Shown here: positions 12,701 to 24,400 of the stretch, in pieces
Layout of the letters: the number at the start of each line of letters is the position of its first letter
How positions within the stretch are numbered: the stretch's first letter is position 1
Origin: Tricharina praecox
Lineage: Eukaryota
Length of the DNA stretch: 64,000 bases
Assembly (NCBI RefSeq): GCF_024521635.1
Contig: NW_026250412.1
Coordinates: 620,001-684,000, forward strand
Reading direction: 5' to 3'
Notes under the pieces: model-generated
The model's input: only the letters and a program-made list of their open reading frames with translations
Databases searched by the model: none
Told to the model about the DNA's origin: nothing
Translations under genes and position numbers: made by a program

Positions 12701-15700
12701 GTTGTGTCTGTTTTTCTTCTGTTGGCCTGAACATGGTACATGACTACATACATACATGTGTACATACTGGCAATCTCGTGCCGCCTTGCGTGCCTGCGTG
12801 CGTGTCCTTCCCGATTCTTCGGTTTGGGGGGTTTCAGAAGTTGCCGGGGCCGGGAGGGGCCGGGGGAGGGGAGGAAGCTCGGCTGTGATGGACAAGTGCC
12901 GGTGCCGGTGCGTGGGGAAGGGTCATGCGAGAGCACTCGTACTTGGACGACGACGAGCGCGCGGGTAACTAAGCACTTGGTTAGTGGTCAAACGTCACTC
13001 AAGTGGAGAAGGTGGTGGTGGAGCAGGCGGTGGATGTGGAGGTGAGTATACGTACGACGGGTTTCCATTTCCAGTTTCGAACGGCGGGGGACAATGTTCT
13101 AACTCAAGTCACGCCGAAGAGAAAGATCGAGAAGGATTGAAACACTATTGCGACGGAATGATAATATTTTGCGTACTTCAAACATCCGGAACATCGACTC
13201 AAACGGCTTGGAGGAGGGTTCATCAACGCAAGTCTTCGAGCTCACGGATTGCTATCGCAACGCAGCGGAACCGAGCCGAGCGATAAGAAAGCAGCATCCA
13301 CCCATGGCGAATACATACACACGCGATACAGCCAACGACCGGAGCTATCATAGCTGTGTATCCAGGTCTTATCCTTATCCTCAAACATTGTGCAAACCAT
13401 CCCCACACCCCACATCATGCCCCCTCGGGCCTCACTCCACCAGCTGCACCACCTTCACCACCTTCACCGCCTTCATGTGAAAACGGATAAGTCTTGATAC
13501 GTACCCACCTACCTACGAGACCAGAGTTAATTGGTTAACCCCGAAAGCAGATACCGAGATGATAGATCCAGAAGACATGTCGAGGCATGTCGGCACCCGC
13601 CGCCCGTCAAACCTGAGTGACACACTATACCTCCGGGGGTGGGGGAGGTGGGGAGGGGACTCAGGGAGGTGGACACTGGACGGACCGACATCACGGGTGC
13701 GTACATGGCATCATTCGATATCCCGGCTTAGTCCAGTGATCCAGACCCGTCACTCGAGCTCTATCTCTCTATCTCTCTCTCGAACTTCTTACTGGCACTG
13801 GCAGTTATCGTTCCCCCATCGAAACCACCTTTCCTACACCCAAGATCACCGGACCCGCACCGCCGTAATCGCTACCCTATTCCGGCGCCCTATTCCGGCG
13901 CTCGCCGCATTGTCTGTCCAGACTCCAGTGTCCAGATGACCGAGTCAGGTCACTGTGCGCGCATCACTAGGTGGCATTCGTCTCCAGCAACTACCTCCAG
14001 AAACTACCCACCAGTACCTACCCACTGACTGAGACACAGCATGATCATTCGCTTCGATTCCCATGGACCCATGGCTCGCGCATGCTGTACTGCGGCCTGC
14101 GGATCCACTGATAATCAACTACATGCCCCACGGATGGATGTGCTATCGCGAGCGCGCGCACCCGAGCCCGAGCGGAGCACTACCTATGGCGTGCATGCGC
14201 AGGTAGGTAGGCGGACACGCAGGTAGGTAGGCGGACACGCAGGTATCCGGCTGCTATCGGTCCGGTGCTCAGTACACGGTGCACTTGTGACCGGCGAGCT
14301 CGGGCATAGTTACAATCGGGTCAGACCGGGAAACGCTCCGATGAGTATGGTGGGTATGGAAAATCCGGATGATGCTGCGCTCTGCCTCTGCGTGGGAACG
14401 TTCTACGTCTCAAATTTCAACGGACGTAGTCGATCACACGTCAGACACCTCCATCCGACCAGGCGGCGCTCTGAGCATCTGCGCTTTGCGCCGGGTCCTT
14501 CATACGGAAGTTGAACGGAGCCTGAAGATATGTACATACTATATCTACCCCGCAGCTCTCCTCTCCTCTCCACTCGATTACAACTTCCAGCTGAGTCGTA
14601 TGATGTATCAAGCGAGATCTTTCATTCTCTCATGCTCGCGATCAACCTCCTTCATTGGTAATTTGACAATTTGGTATCATAGTATATACGTGCTCCACAA
14701 TATACTCCACACACTCCACACGCAGCTCGAGCTCGCCATGCTGCCGCGCCCCACACACACAAGCTTTGTTTCTACTGTATACTTACATAAATCCTGCAAA
14801 ATACCGCTGCTTGCTGCGTCATGTACCCCACAATACATTCCCTACCTACCCCACCCAGATTGCATTCGATATATGTACATATAGTACAGCACCACGCCAC
14901 GCAAGTACAGCCAGTACCTACAGTGCACCACGCCACTCCACGGGGCAGTATAAGATAATTAAGTATCCATGAAACCTTATTCCAACACGCACAGTTTGAG
15001 CTTTTGGTAGTCGTGGATGATCGTGGATGATCACACCGCGTTCCGGGACAGCTATCTGCTATCTGCCATCTCATCTGCCGCGTGAATGGAACTCGGAAGG
15101 GTGCGCCAAGGGAGAGGGGGGCGGGTGATATATCGTGATGCGTGGGATGCGAATAGCTCCTCGAGCTCCAGCGATTTTTCTTTACAGCGGCTTGGAACGT
15201 GGGCGCAGGGTGCCGTAACCGGTGGACGGGTGGGCAGGATGCAAGTGAGGACCCACCCACCACCGCTCACCCCCTCCAACCCCCGCCAACCCTCGAGCTC
15301 CGTTCCAGGCTCCGAGCGGCCACACACAGCACGGCAGCACGGCAAGCAAGCAGCCTTTTCCCGTCGGGCCGTCGAGAAGAAGTATAGAAGCATACACGCC
15401 AAGAGCTCTGTAGACTGCCTCCCGGCTCGGCCGTGCCGGCTGGTTATGGCAAGTTGGCAACGATGAAACCGGCCCGCCCGGCTGGCCAGGTGTGAGGTGT
15501 CGGCGCGGTAAATGGTGCCGGCATTGGGCAATAATCGCTACGGTGGATGCGAAGTCGTCTCCCCCTTTCCCCGTCACAAAGCCGCCCCACGGGACCGTAC
15601 GCTTTCGTCGGCACCGAAACTCACGACAGAGCTCGCTCTATTATTAGGGTCTACAATGATCAGTGGTGGCATCCCAGGTCGCCATGTTTTGTGAAAGTTC

Positions 15701-16229
15701 GTTGGAAAACATCTCGTCAGCAGAGGTTGTAATCAAGCCTGTAGTGCGCCGTCTTATTGAAAGAAGTGAGCTCCTCGCGGGTCTGGGCTAGTCGTGTGAG
15801 GATAACATTTCGGCGGCTCATCACTAGATATCACTCTGACCTCACTGCCCCGCTGACGAGAAATGACGATATGTACGTGGGACAGTGGCTGGTAGGCTTG
15901 CTTGCACGCCTGCTTCAAGTCTTGGTGGCTGGTCTGTCGACTGGGCTGCATCTCAAGTTGAAAAGAGCCACCTAGGCAAGAGGTGGTTGTCGATCCAGCT
16001 CCTCTCGACTCGCCAGCCATCACATCACTGTATCGTGGCGGAGTAATCAGAGTGTATACAAGCAACCTAGTCCATATCAAGACCACTCATTATTTCCACC
16101 AGCTAACTATTAGAGCGTCTGAATCCAGCCAAAGAAACATAATCCATCAAAAACTTCATCAACCATCACCTCGCGAGAATAAACCCTCATACTCAATTTA
16201 CTCTTCCAACAAACGCACCCTAGATAGGT

Positions 16230-17500
16230 CGCATGCAATTAATAAATGAACAACAACAAAATCTGACAGACGCATATCATCCCTCCTTAGCTAGTGCCAT
16301 CGAGCTTAACAGCTTGTGTAAAACAAAAGAAAACAAGACAAAACATGGATCCGGAAGTGCGCATGGCTTCCGCTGTGAGCAGAAGTCTTGGGCGACCGAG
16401 GGAAGGTGTTGTCAAACACCACTGCTTACTCGTTTATGATGTGTGGGTCGCTGCTGGACAGCAGATGGTGGAAAGTACTGCATGGTTGAGCAAACGAATA
16501 GTAGCGGGGAAGGTCTTCCAGCTTTGGATCCAAATCAAGCATACGTCAGCTTACCCTCAGCTAAGCCCAAAAGCAGCGGAAGGAACATACCTTAGTAGCC
16601 AAGTCGGAAGACCGTCGAGCAGCCAATAGCAAACGCCGGCACAATCAGCTCGAGCAAAACGGAATAAAGCCACTGGTAGCTCAAGCAAAACGGCGTAGAG
16701 CCAATGACAGCTCAAGCAAACTGTGTGGAGCCACTGAGGGTGAGTGATTTGTGGTTAAGTGAGTTGATTTTGAGGTTGAGCGGGCTGTGGTTGTGGTTGT
16801 GAGTGTGTTGTGAGGGTGAATGTGTTGTAAAGGTGAGTACGAGTGGAGGTGTGATGTAGAAGGCAATGAAAAGCCGCCCAGGACAGAGAACCTCATGTTG
16901 CAGTATCCACTACACTACACTAGGCTGCTGTTTGTTAGCCGTGTGATGAAACCAGTACGATGAAGTGACTTACTTCTCTGTCCATGAGCGACTGGAAAGA
17001 CCGCTCGGACGGTCACACTTGCAAATAAATCAGCCCACTCACATTGACGCCCAGAAGTGAAAGGTAACATACCCTTCCGATGCGTAGTGGTTATTTGGCT
17101 CTGCGGCGGGTGCTCAATCCAAGGCTGCGATGAACACACCATCTCCGACCCCGAACACATTGAAGCTTCGCAAGGAGATCATTGAAGTCTTCCAAGCCCG
17201 CACCCCTCCAGATCACCTGCAGTTTAGGGTCGAAGGGGGTCACCTGCAGTTGTGCTTCGCAGGGAGAGAGAGAGTGAAAAAGACAACGGTAATATGAAGC
17301 CGATGTAAGAGAAGGAACAATGGAGAGAAGGAATAATGAAGGATAGAAGTAAGAAGGAAGGAAGGATAGGTGGAGGTATGGATGGATGGGCAGGGTGTTG
17401 CCGTGAGGTAGTAAGTTTGAAATGCCGTCAAGGGGCTGAAATGTGGAGTGAAATGAGGAGTATGAAGTGGAGAAGAAAGTGAGGAGTGAAGTGCAGAAGA
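16230..17500 (-). ncRNA. Putative spliced long non-coding transcript or decayed gene with three canonical introns
   Basis: Minus-strand donor/branch/acceptor sets at 17072-17018, 16973-~16920 and 16590-16522; pyrimidine-rich leader at ~17250-17500; U-rich 3' region at ~16320. Longest ORF after splicing is about 71 aa. Confidence 0.4.
16646..16740. repeat. Three degenerate tandem units of about 31 bp (agctc.agcaaa....agcca.tg)
   Basis: Seen directly. Confidence 0.7.
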
Positions 17501-20500
17501 AATGGAGGAGCGAGGGCGGTCCTGCGAGGTCATTCCACTATGGTCTTGGCAAAGGTAGCAGTCCCACTTCCCGATTCATTCGTGTGCAGCTCGCCCATTC
17601 CTACACAGATAGCCCTAGGGTAACGTTTAAGCAATTTGGCCGAAGCAATTTGGCCGAAGCCAGATACCCTACGTCGTACGCACAGATCGAACCTGGAGTA
17701 GCAGCAGAGCTCTGGCTGACTCCTGCACTTGATGTCACCCGTGTTCATTGAAATCCGGCAGGCTAGTAGGATCGAGTGACGAATATAAAACAGCTAGCAT
17801 ACTCTCCCACATAGAGGTACATACCAGTTTCCTCACAGCCAGCCGGTTGGGCCACCTTCTCAACTCTCGAGAACACGGTTGATAGATCGCCACCACGTAT
17901 TTTGGCCCACATCCGACCACAGTCTGGGCTGGTAGCAGACTCGGAACATGGGTATCAGTCTACTACGCTATGTACGATATCACTCGCTGCTGAGACTTGA
18001 GTTGACTGGCAGCCATCTCGTGTAAGCACTGTTTCGCAGCGGGCATCGATACGATGGGATTGGATCCTCCAGCAAACTCCGCTTTTGATTACTAGCGTAC
18101 AGGCTTTCGCCTCGAAGCCCATCACTCGGAAGTCCTTCACTAGATATCACTTCGCACCAGCCACGAAGCGAAGAGCCACACTACTTTAGGTACTAAAGTC
18201 TTGGGTGGCACGACTCGCGAGTCTGCTCCACTGATTACATATCATGCACTGTTTTGCTTCGATCGGTCTTGCACTTGCGGTTGCCCAGGCGGCGACGGGC
18301 GGGGGGAATGCGTCGCTGTAACCATCGAGCCAGCTATCTGGACTGTAGAGTACTATTATACACACATACGTAGGCAGGACAAGAGTTTGTACTTGGCATG
18401 ATCCAGATAGACCGTATGCAATATGACATACTATCGTAACCATGAAGAAACCAAAAAAAAAGTCTTGGATGTCACCGCCTCATGCGGAAGAGTCAAGACT
18501 TCTACACAAGCTCCCAACTCCGCCGCGCGGACATGCATCACGTACATGCCTACAGCCTACTTACATACCGTCATACCGTCATACCTTCATACCTACACAC
18601 CTACACACCTACATACTACATGAAAGAAAGATCGTCCCAAGCCACCCGTCAGGCTGCGGATCCCTTTGTCCTTCACAGGTTGCTGGTGGACACGTTTCTG
18701 GCGGGGAGGGATATACACGTACGTACCTACATCATACCTACATACTCCCCACTCTCCAACTCACCCACCTCGTCTCCTCCAGATCTCCGGAAGAGAGATT
18801 GCGACATGATCATCCCGTCGATCTATGGAGATTCTTGACACCTGCACGGCATAGATGTCCACTCGTCACGGACACGGCGGCCAGCCGTCCGCCAGCCCTT
18901 CCTCGTATCCGACCAGAGTGATCGCGAGTGTTCGACTCGAGTCCGAACCCCTCGTCGTCCACGTCCGCTCCGACCTTCCCCTCACCCTCGAATCCGCTAG
19001 CGTCGGCGAACTAGAGTTAGGTACATTGGTAGCCCGTTTCAACTTCAAAGCTCCGGGATGATGGATTCACGTGGGGTGTTTTCGAAACCGAAAACTCTTG
19101 GCCCTTAGTTAGTTGTCCCTTCCCCCGAGTCCGCATAAGGCTTGGCCCGGGATTGTTACCTGGCTTGCAGACGGGCTTGGATAGAGTACTGGCTTGGAGA
19201 CACGTGATCAAAGGTGGGTGGTGGTTGTCGGTCGGCCCCCCTTCCCTCGCTCGCTGGACTGGACTCTGCAGCTCGTTGTTTTGATTCCTTTGAACACTGG
19301 TGACTGCAGACTCGGCGCAACGTGAGGACAGTACCTTACTCTAGAGTCTGTGTAAGAAGCTGGGCGGAAGAAGCAAAAGAGTGGGAATTCCTTGCATGCA
19401 GTTGCTTCCTTGCTTCCCCTGCTTCCCTTCCTTCCCTCCTGTGTTGTTGATGCAGGAACATAAAAGCAGGAACAAAAAAGCACCGAAGCGAGAGGTACAA
19501 ATCACCTCGCATCGTCAGGGCACACATCGCACAAAGGCCACCCACCCACACACATTCACAGATATCATACTCTACTCTAGGGCAGCTAACGGGTTTGCGA
19601 GGAGGCGGAGGGCCCTGCCCACCCACCCCCCAAGGTGCATGGATGTCTGGCTTCCTGGCTTCCTTAGAATCAAGATACGTGGTGCCCCTTTTTCTTTCTT
19701 TCTCTCTCGGTTCTCAAACAGCGACAGCGACGGGATGGACTCTGGAAGGTGTTCCACGCAGATGGTTACTTGTGTACACAGGTGTGTATGTACAAAATGT
19801 ACCTGGCAGGTGGTGTTTCTTTCTTTCTGAGCACGGAATTGGCAGTCATACATACGACGTATGATCCATCACACTCTACACACTCTCCATACTCTCGAAG
19901 TGGACGAGAACCAATCCCTCTGGGCCACTCCGGATATACGGGTGTTACGATATGTGTGATAGATATGCGACCATGTTCTCAGCCGCCCGGACGAGAAAGA
20001 GGGAGAGAGGGAGCTCATAGAGAGAGGTGGCACACTCGTGACGGATTCGGTCTGTTACCCCTATCCATTCGCACCACGTGCCGGACGTGGTAAAGCGCTG
20101 TCTTTGCCCTGTCCATGCCCATGCTTGCACGCCCCCCCGCCCCTCCCTTCCCCCACGGGAGGAAGGAAGACAGTAGCTGCCACCCACCACCCCTTTCGTT
20201 TTCGCCCAAAGTCCACACAACACACAGCTGCGAGTTTAATTCACAGAGGGAAAAATAGGCGGAATTCTCGTGGGAAAAATCAGACAATTCGTTGCGATAG
20301 ACTGCCATGTTCATACAAACAGAACCGTAAAACAACGACTCCACGATATTTACTACCAACAAAACAAGAAGACAAAAATGGACACAAGAGAAAAATGGAC
20401 CCGCCAATCCCTTGAGTGGTCTTGTCGGGTCCCACGGAGGAAAAAAAACGTTTGAAAGAATATATCAATCTAGATTGAGAAATCTCACGAGCCAAACCCT

Positions 20501-20688
20501 CCTAATTAAGTACAGAAGATCTAACGACGCCCATTTCCTTTGCCGAGACATGCCAATCACAAACCAATCCACCCCCCATATTTACCGATACACAATTCAC
20601 CACACCGATCAACCAACCCACCAATCCAACCCAATTAACCCAGAATAAGCCATATCATCGTCAGACCGGTAGATGAAGCTTAGCTGAT

Positions 20689-21438
20689 TTATGCGAGGAA
20701 GAGAGCCCCAGCGGCGGCGATGACAGCGATGAGCGAGAAGCTCTTGGCCGACGCGGCACCCTCGTAAGTCTCGGGGACGGACGAGGGGGTGACGGGAGTC
20801 GACGTGTTGAGGGGGATGTCAACGACACCGGTTCCGCTGGGAACGTAGCTGGCGTAGGTCGGGTAGCCGGTACCGACGGGGACGCTGGGAGAGCCATAGA
20901 CGGGAGTGTCGACGGGGGTCTCAACCGGAGTGTCGACGGGGGAGCCGTACGAGGGGGTCTCGACGGGGGTGTCAACGGGAGATCCGTAGGAAGGAGTCTC
21001 GACCGGAGTGTCGACGGGGGTCTCGACCGGAGTGTCGACGGGGGAGCCATACGAGGGAGTGTCGACGGGGGTCTCGACGGGGGATCCGTAGGAAGGAGTG
21101 TCGACGGGGGTCTCGACGGGGTAGTCGGGGGTGTCAACGGGGGTGTCAACGGGGGTGTCAACGGGGGATCCGTAGGACGGAGTCTCAACGGCAACGGGGG
21201 TCTCGACGGGGTAACCCTCGGTGGTGGTGCACGAGGTGGTCGCGACAACGGGGGTCTCGACGGGGTACTCGACGGCCGGGGTGGTGTAGGTGGCGGCGGT
21301 GGCCGGGCACGAGACGACATCGGGACCGCACGAGGTGATGGTGACGACCTCAGTCTCGTAGACAACCTCGGGGTTAGGGAGGGCCATGGCGGCAGCTCCG
21401 AAGAGCGCGGCAGAAGAGGCGATAGTGGAGAAACGCAT
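20689..21438 (-). CDS. Secreted, probably GPI-anchored Pro/Thr/Val-rich repetitive cell-wall protein
   Basis: Signal peptide MRFSTIASSAALFGAAAMA; EVVTITSCGPDVVSCPA motif; tandem PVET/PVDT/PSYGS repeats; C-terminal YEGAAS followed by a hydrophobic tail, typical of a GPI signal. Confidence 0.9.
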   Translation of the reverse strand: MRFSTIASSAALFGAAAMALPNPEVVYETEVVTITSCGPDVVSCPATAATYTTPAVEYPVETPVVATTSCTTTEGYPVETPVAVETPSYGSPVDTPVDTPVDTPDYPVETPVDTPSYGSPVETPVDTPSYGSPVDTPVETPVDTPVETPSYGSPVDTPVETPSYGSPVDTPVETPVDTPVYGSPSVPVGTGYPTYASYVPSGTGVVDIPLNTSTPVTPSSVPETYEGAASAKSFSLIAVIAAAGALFLA

Positions 21439-24400
21439 TTTGATTGATTAAGTTGAAGAGGGGGATTCTTTCAAAAGAACTGGCGAGTGATTAAGAAGGT
21501 AAAGATTGGAGGATGTTTAGTCAAAAGAGTGACGATTAAACTGATTGTGCGGGTCGACGGAGTTGGACGCGACGGGCAGACTGTGAGCTAGAACGATTGC
21601 TTTGGTGAAGAGAAGAATGAGAGGAAGGGAGCTGGAAGGGGGGGCTCCTTATACCCAAGTGGGTGGCCCTGGGGATAGGGGTGCGGTGGCCCAGGATGGT
21701 AAAGATCCCCACACGTCCGCGATCATCTCCCCTGTCGCCTCCAGCTGGTGGTGGCCGAACGGACCAAAAATAATCAGCAGCGATATGAACCATCTGGCAG
21801 GTGGGGCGGCGCGATTCCGATTTCTTGCTGCTCCACAGCCCAAGCGGCGGACGGCGATTGGTGGGTTGTTTCGTTTTTTCTTTTTCCGAGTCGGTTTCAT
21901 TTCCCAGTGAGCTTACACCCTGAACTGCGCTTGCCCCATCGGGGCAGGAACCGCCCCCCTCCGTCCTGCGAGGTTTGATTGCAGCTTGCCGCTGTGGGCC
22001 AAGCGGCAGTGGGGTCCTGAGTTCCCAGGAGCTCATGGAGGGAAGCATGTCCGGTCTCTTCGAACGGCGGTGATAGAATCATACAGGCACTCTGCACCCA
22101 CCCACAGTGCAAAAAGAAGAAGAAAACGGCAGGCAGGCGAGTACTCACGCTCACTTACTTCCCTACTTGCTTGGTTACTAACGACTCTATACAGTGAAAG
22201 GGATCCAACCACGGCCCAGCGCCAGACGATAGCGGCCCCAGCGAGTGTACCAGCTGCCCTACTACCTATCATACACATATCTATCGCGTCGAGCTCAAGC
22301 TCCCCCACAGCTCTTCTTCCAACCCCAGCAAGGCTGCAGCCGAGGAAAGCCGCTCGAATCTGCCTCCAGAGATGTCCTCAATCTCCTGGTCGGTAAATAG
22401 GAATATGGCGTTGTTTCCACACCTAGGTTCATACTCCCACTGTGATATCAGGACCCACGAGGTCGAATTCGAAGGTTCGACGGAAAGATTGCGACTCGCC
22501 AACCAACCAATCCATCACAACCGCCGATACGGTGGCACGGATCCCTGAGCCCGCAATCGATGGCGATGTGGTCGCACGGTACCTGCATTGTCGACACTGC
22601 CAGCCATCATGAGTGGCTGCACACGCCCCAATTGAAATGTAAATTCTACATACAGAACCATACAGTGCGCTTTCGATCTTTGCTCCTGAAATCTCTGCAG
22701 AGACGCACCAGTGGTTTCACTCGCCTGTCCTCTCGGAGGGTTACCCTCTTGAAGGATAGAACTCCCTGTTTGCGCAGACCTCTTACTAGGAAGTAGAGTA
22801 GAGCGGAGTGATATCTGCTTTACGGTACTCTACTCTACTCTAGCTCCGAGTCTCTGGAAAGGGAGAGTCGAGGCAGAAGACCTGCGTGGATAATCTTGGA
22901 CGGCAAATTGAACCATGGATTCTGGAAGCCACTGGAATTTCGCCGTTCGATTCACATGTGCGCCGCAGCGAATCCGTCGCGCAGCGGCGCAGGGAATCCA
23001 TCGCGCAACGAATCCGTCGAGCAGGGGAGAATGCATCACGCATGTCTTGGAGGGTTCGGATTCCCCCTCCGCCCGCTGACTAGAGGCTTGGTCATTGGCA
23101 TCCCGATGAAGATGTTTCCAGAAGCCATATGTATTGGCCATGGGCCTTGTATGTATGCCGGCAAATATGTAAGTTATCGAGCCTTGGAGCCTTGGTAACT
23201 TTCAGATATCGGTAGGAGAATTATGTAGTCGCGGAAGGGACAAGACTTGCTTATCGTGAAGTTACGGTACTCTAAGGTCCCCCTGCCCGGTCAGCGCTGG
23301 TTGCTCGAGTGTGGAGAAGCTCAACATCCGTGCTCGTGCTCGTGCTGGAGAGAGTATGAGCGCGAAAGGCCACGAAGCGCCAGGGCGAGACGGGACCGCC
23401 GCCTCGAAGGTCCCCAGAACCGCCGGAAACGAGGTATCATGAGCTTGTACCGTATTCTTGTCCATCGTACCGAAGGTCAGTTACGGTACTCTGCATTCAC
23501 GTTGCGCAAGTGGCGGTACGGATGGATGGATGGATGGAAGAAAAGGAATCCAGCACGCGAGTGCCTTAGCCTTAGCAGGGCTTCGCGGATGGCCGCCCCC
23601 TTCTCCTTCAAGGGTGATATGTGCTGGTACTTCTTCTCCGAGGTCTTGCGGACTTACCTAATTCCTCGCGAGGTGGACTACCTGATGCCGAGATGCCAGA
23701 ACCCCCATGCCCTACATATATCTTGGTACATAACCCAACATCTGCCGCGAGAGATCTCCACCTGCTGCTGCTGCAAAGTTAGGGTAAGCCCGTCTCGCTC
23801 GGGAACACCGATCGCGGCTGTTTCACGGGCCGCGGGGCCGACGCACCTCCCCCTTGAAGCTTATCTGGAATGCTTTGGCGATGCCCTTCTTACATAGAGT
23901 ACGATACATCTTCGGAGCGCATGCGAGCCCACTTTAGAGTAGTGCTCGTAATTGTGTATGCAGTCAGCTACCTGGGTAGGCAGTAGGTAGCCTACCGTAT
24001 TGGTGATACCCGTTTCCTTTCCTTTCCTTTCGAGATGGATCGATGGATGGATGGAGCGACTTGGGAGATGTACTCAAGGTAGAGAAGTCTCTATATCTGG
24101 ATCTGTATGTAGAGTAGATAAACCATTTGTTGTCAGACCGTCTTGACCATGTACCTACGGCATGTTGCGCGTGCTCGGAGTCTCGGACGTAAATGCATCA
24201 CGCGCTATCACACGGCCATTTCCGGCCATCCCCCTTCCCATAAAAAAGCTCGCCAAAGACTCTTCACCATTCAGCCCCCAAACCTCCCCTTCCCCCGCGC
24301 ATGAAGGTTTATGCAGGTTTACGGGCCCTGCCGGGCCTGCCTTACTCTGCACCTGGTCATTGGCAAGGGAGGTACCTAAAGTAGAGTGCCGTAGAGTATG

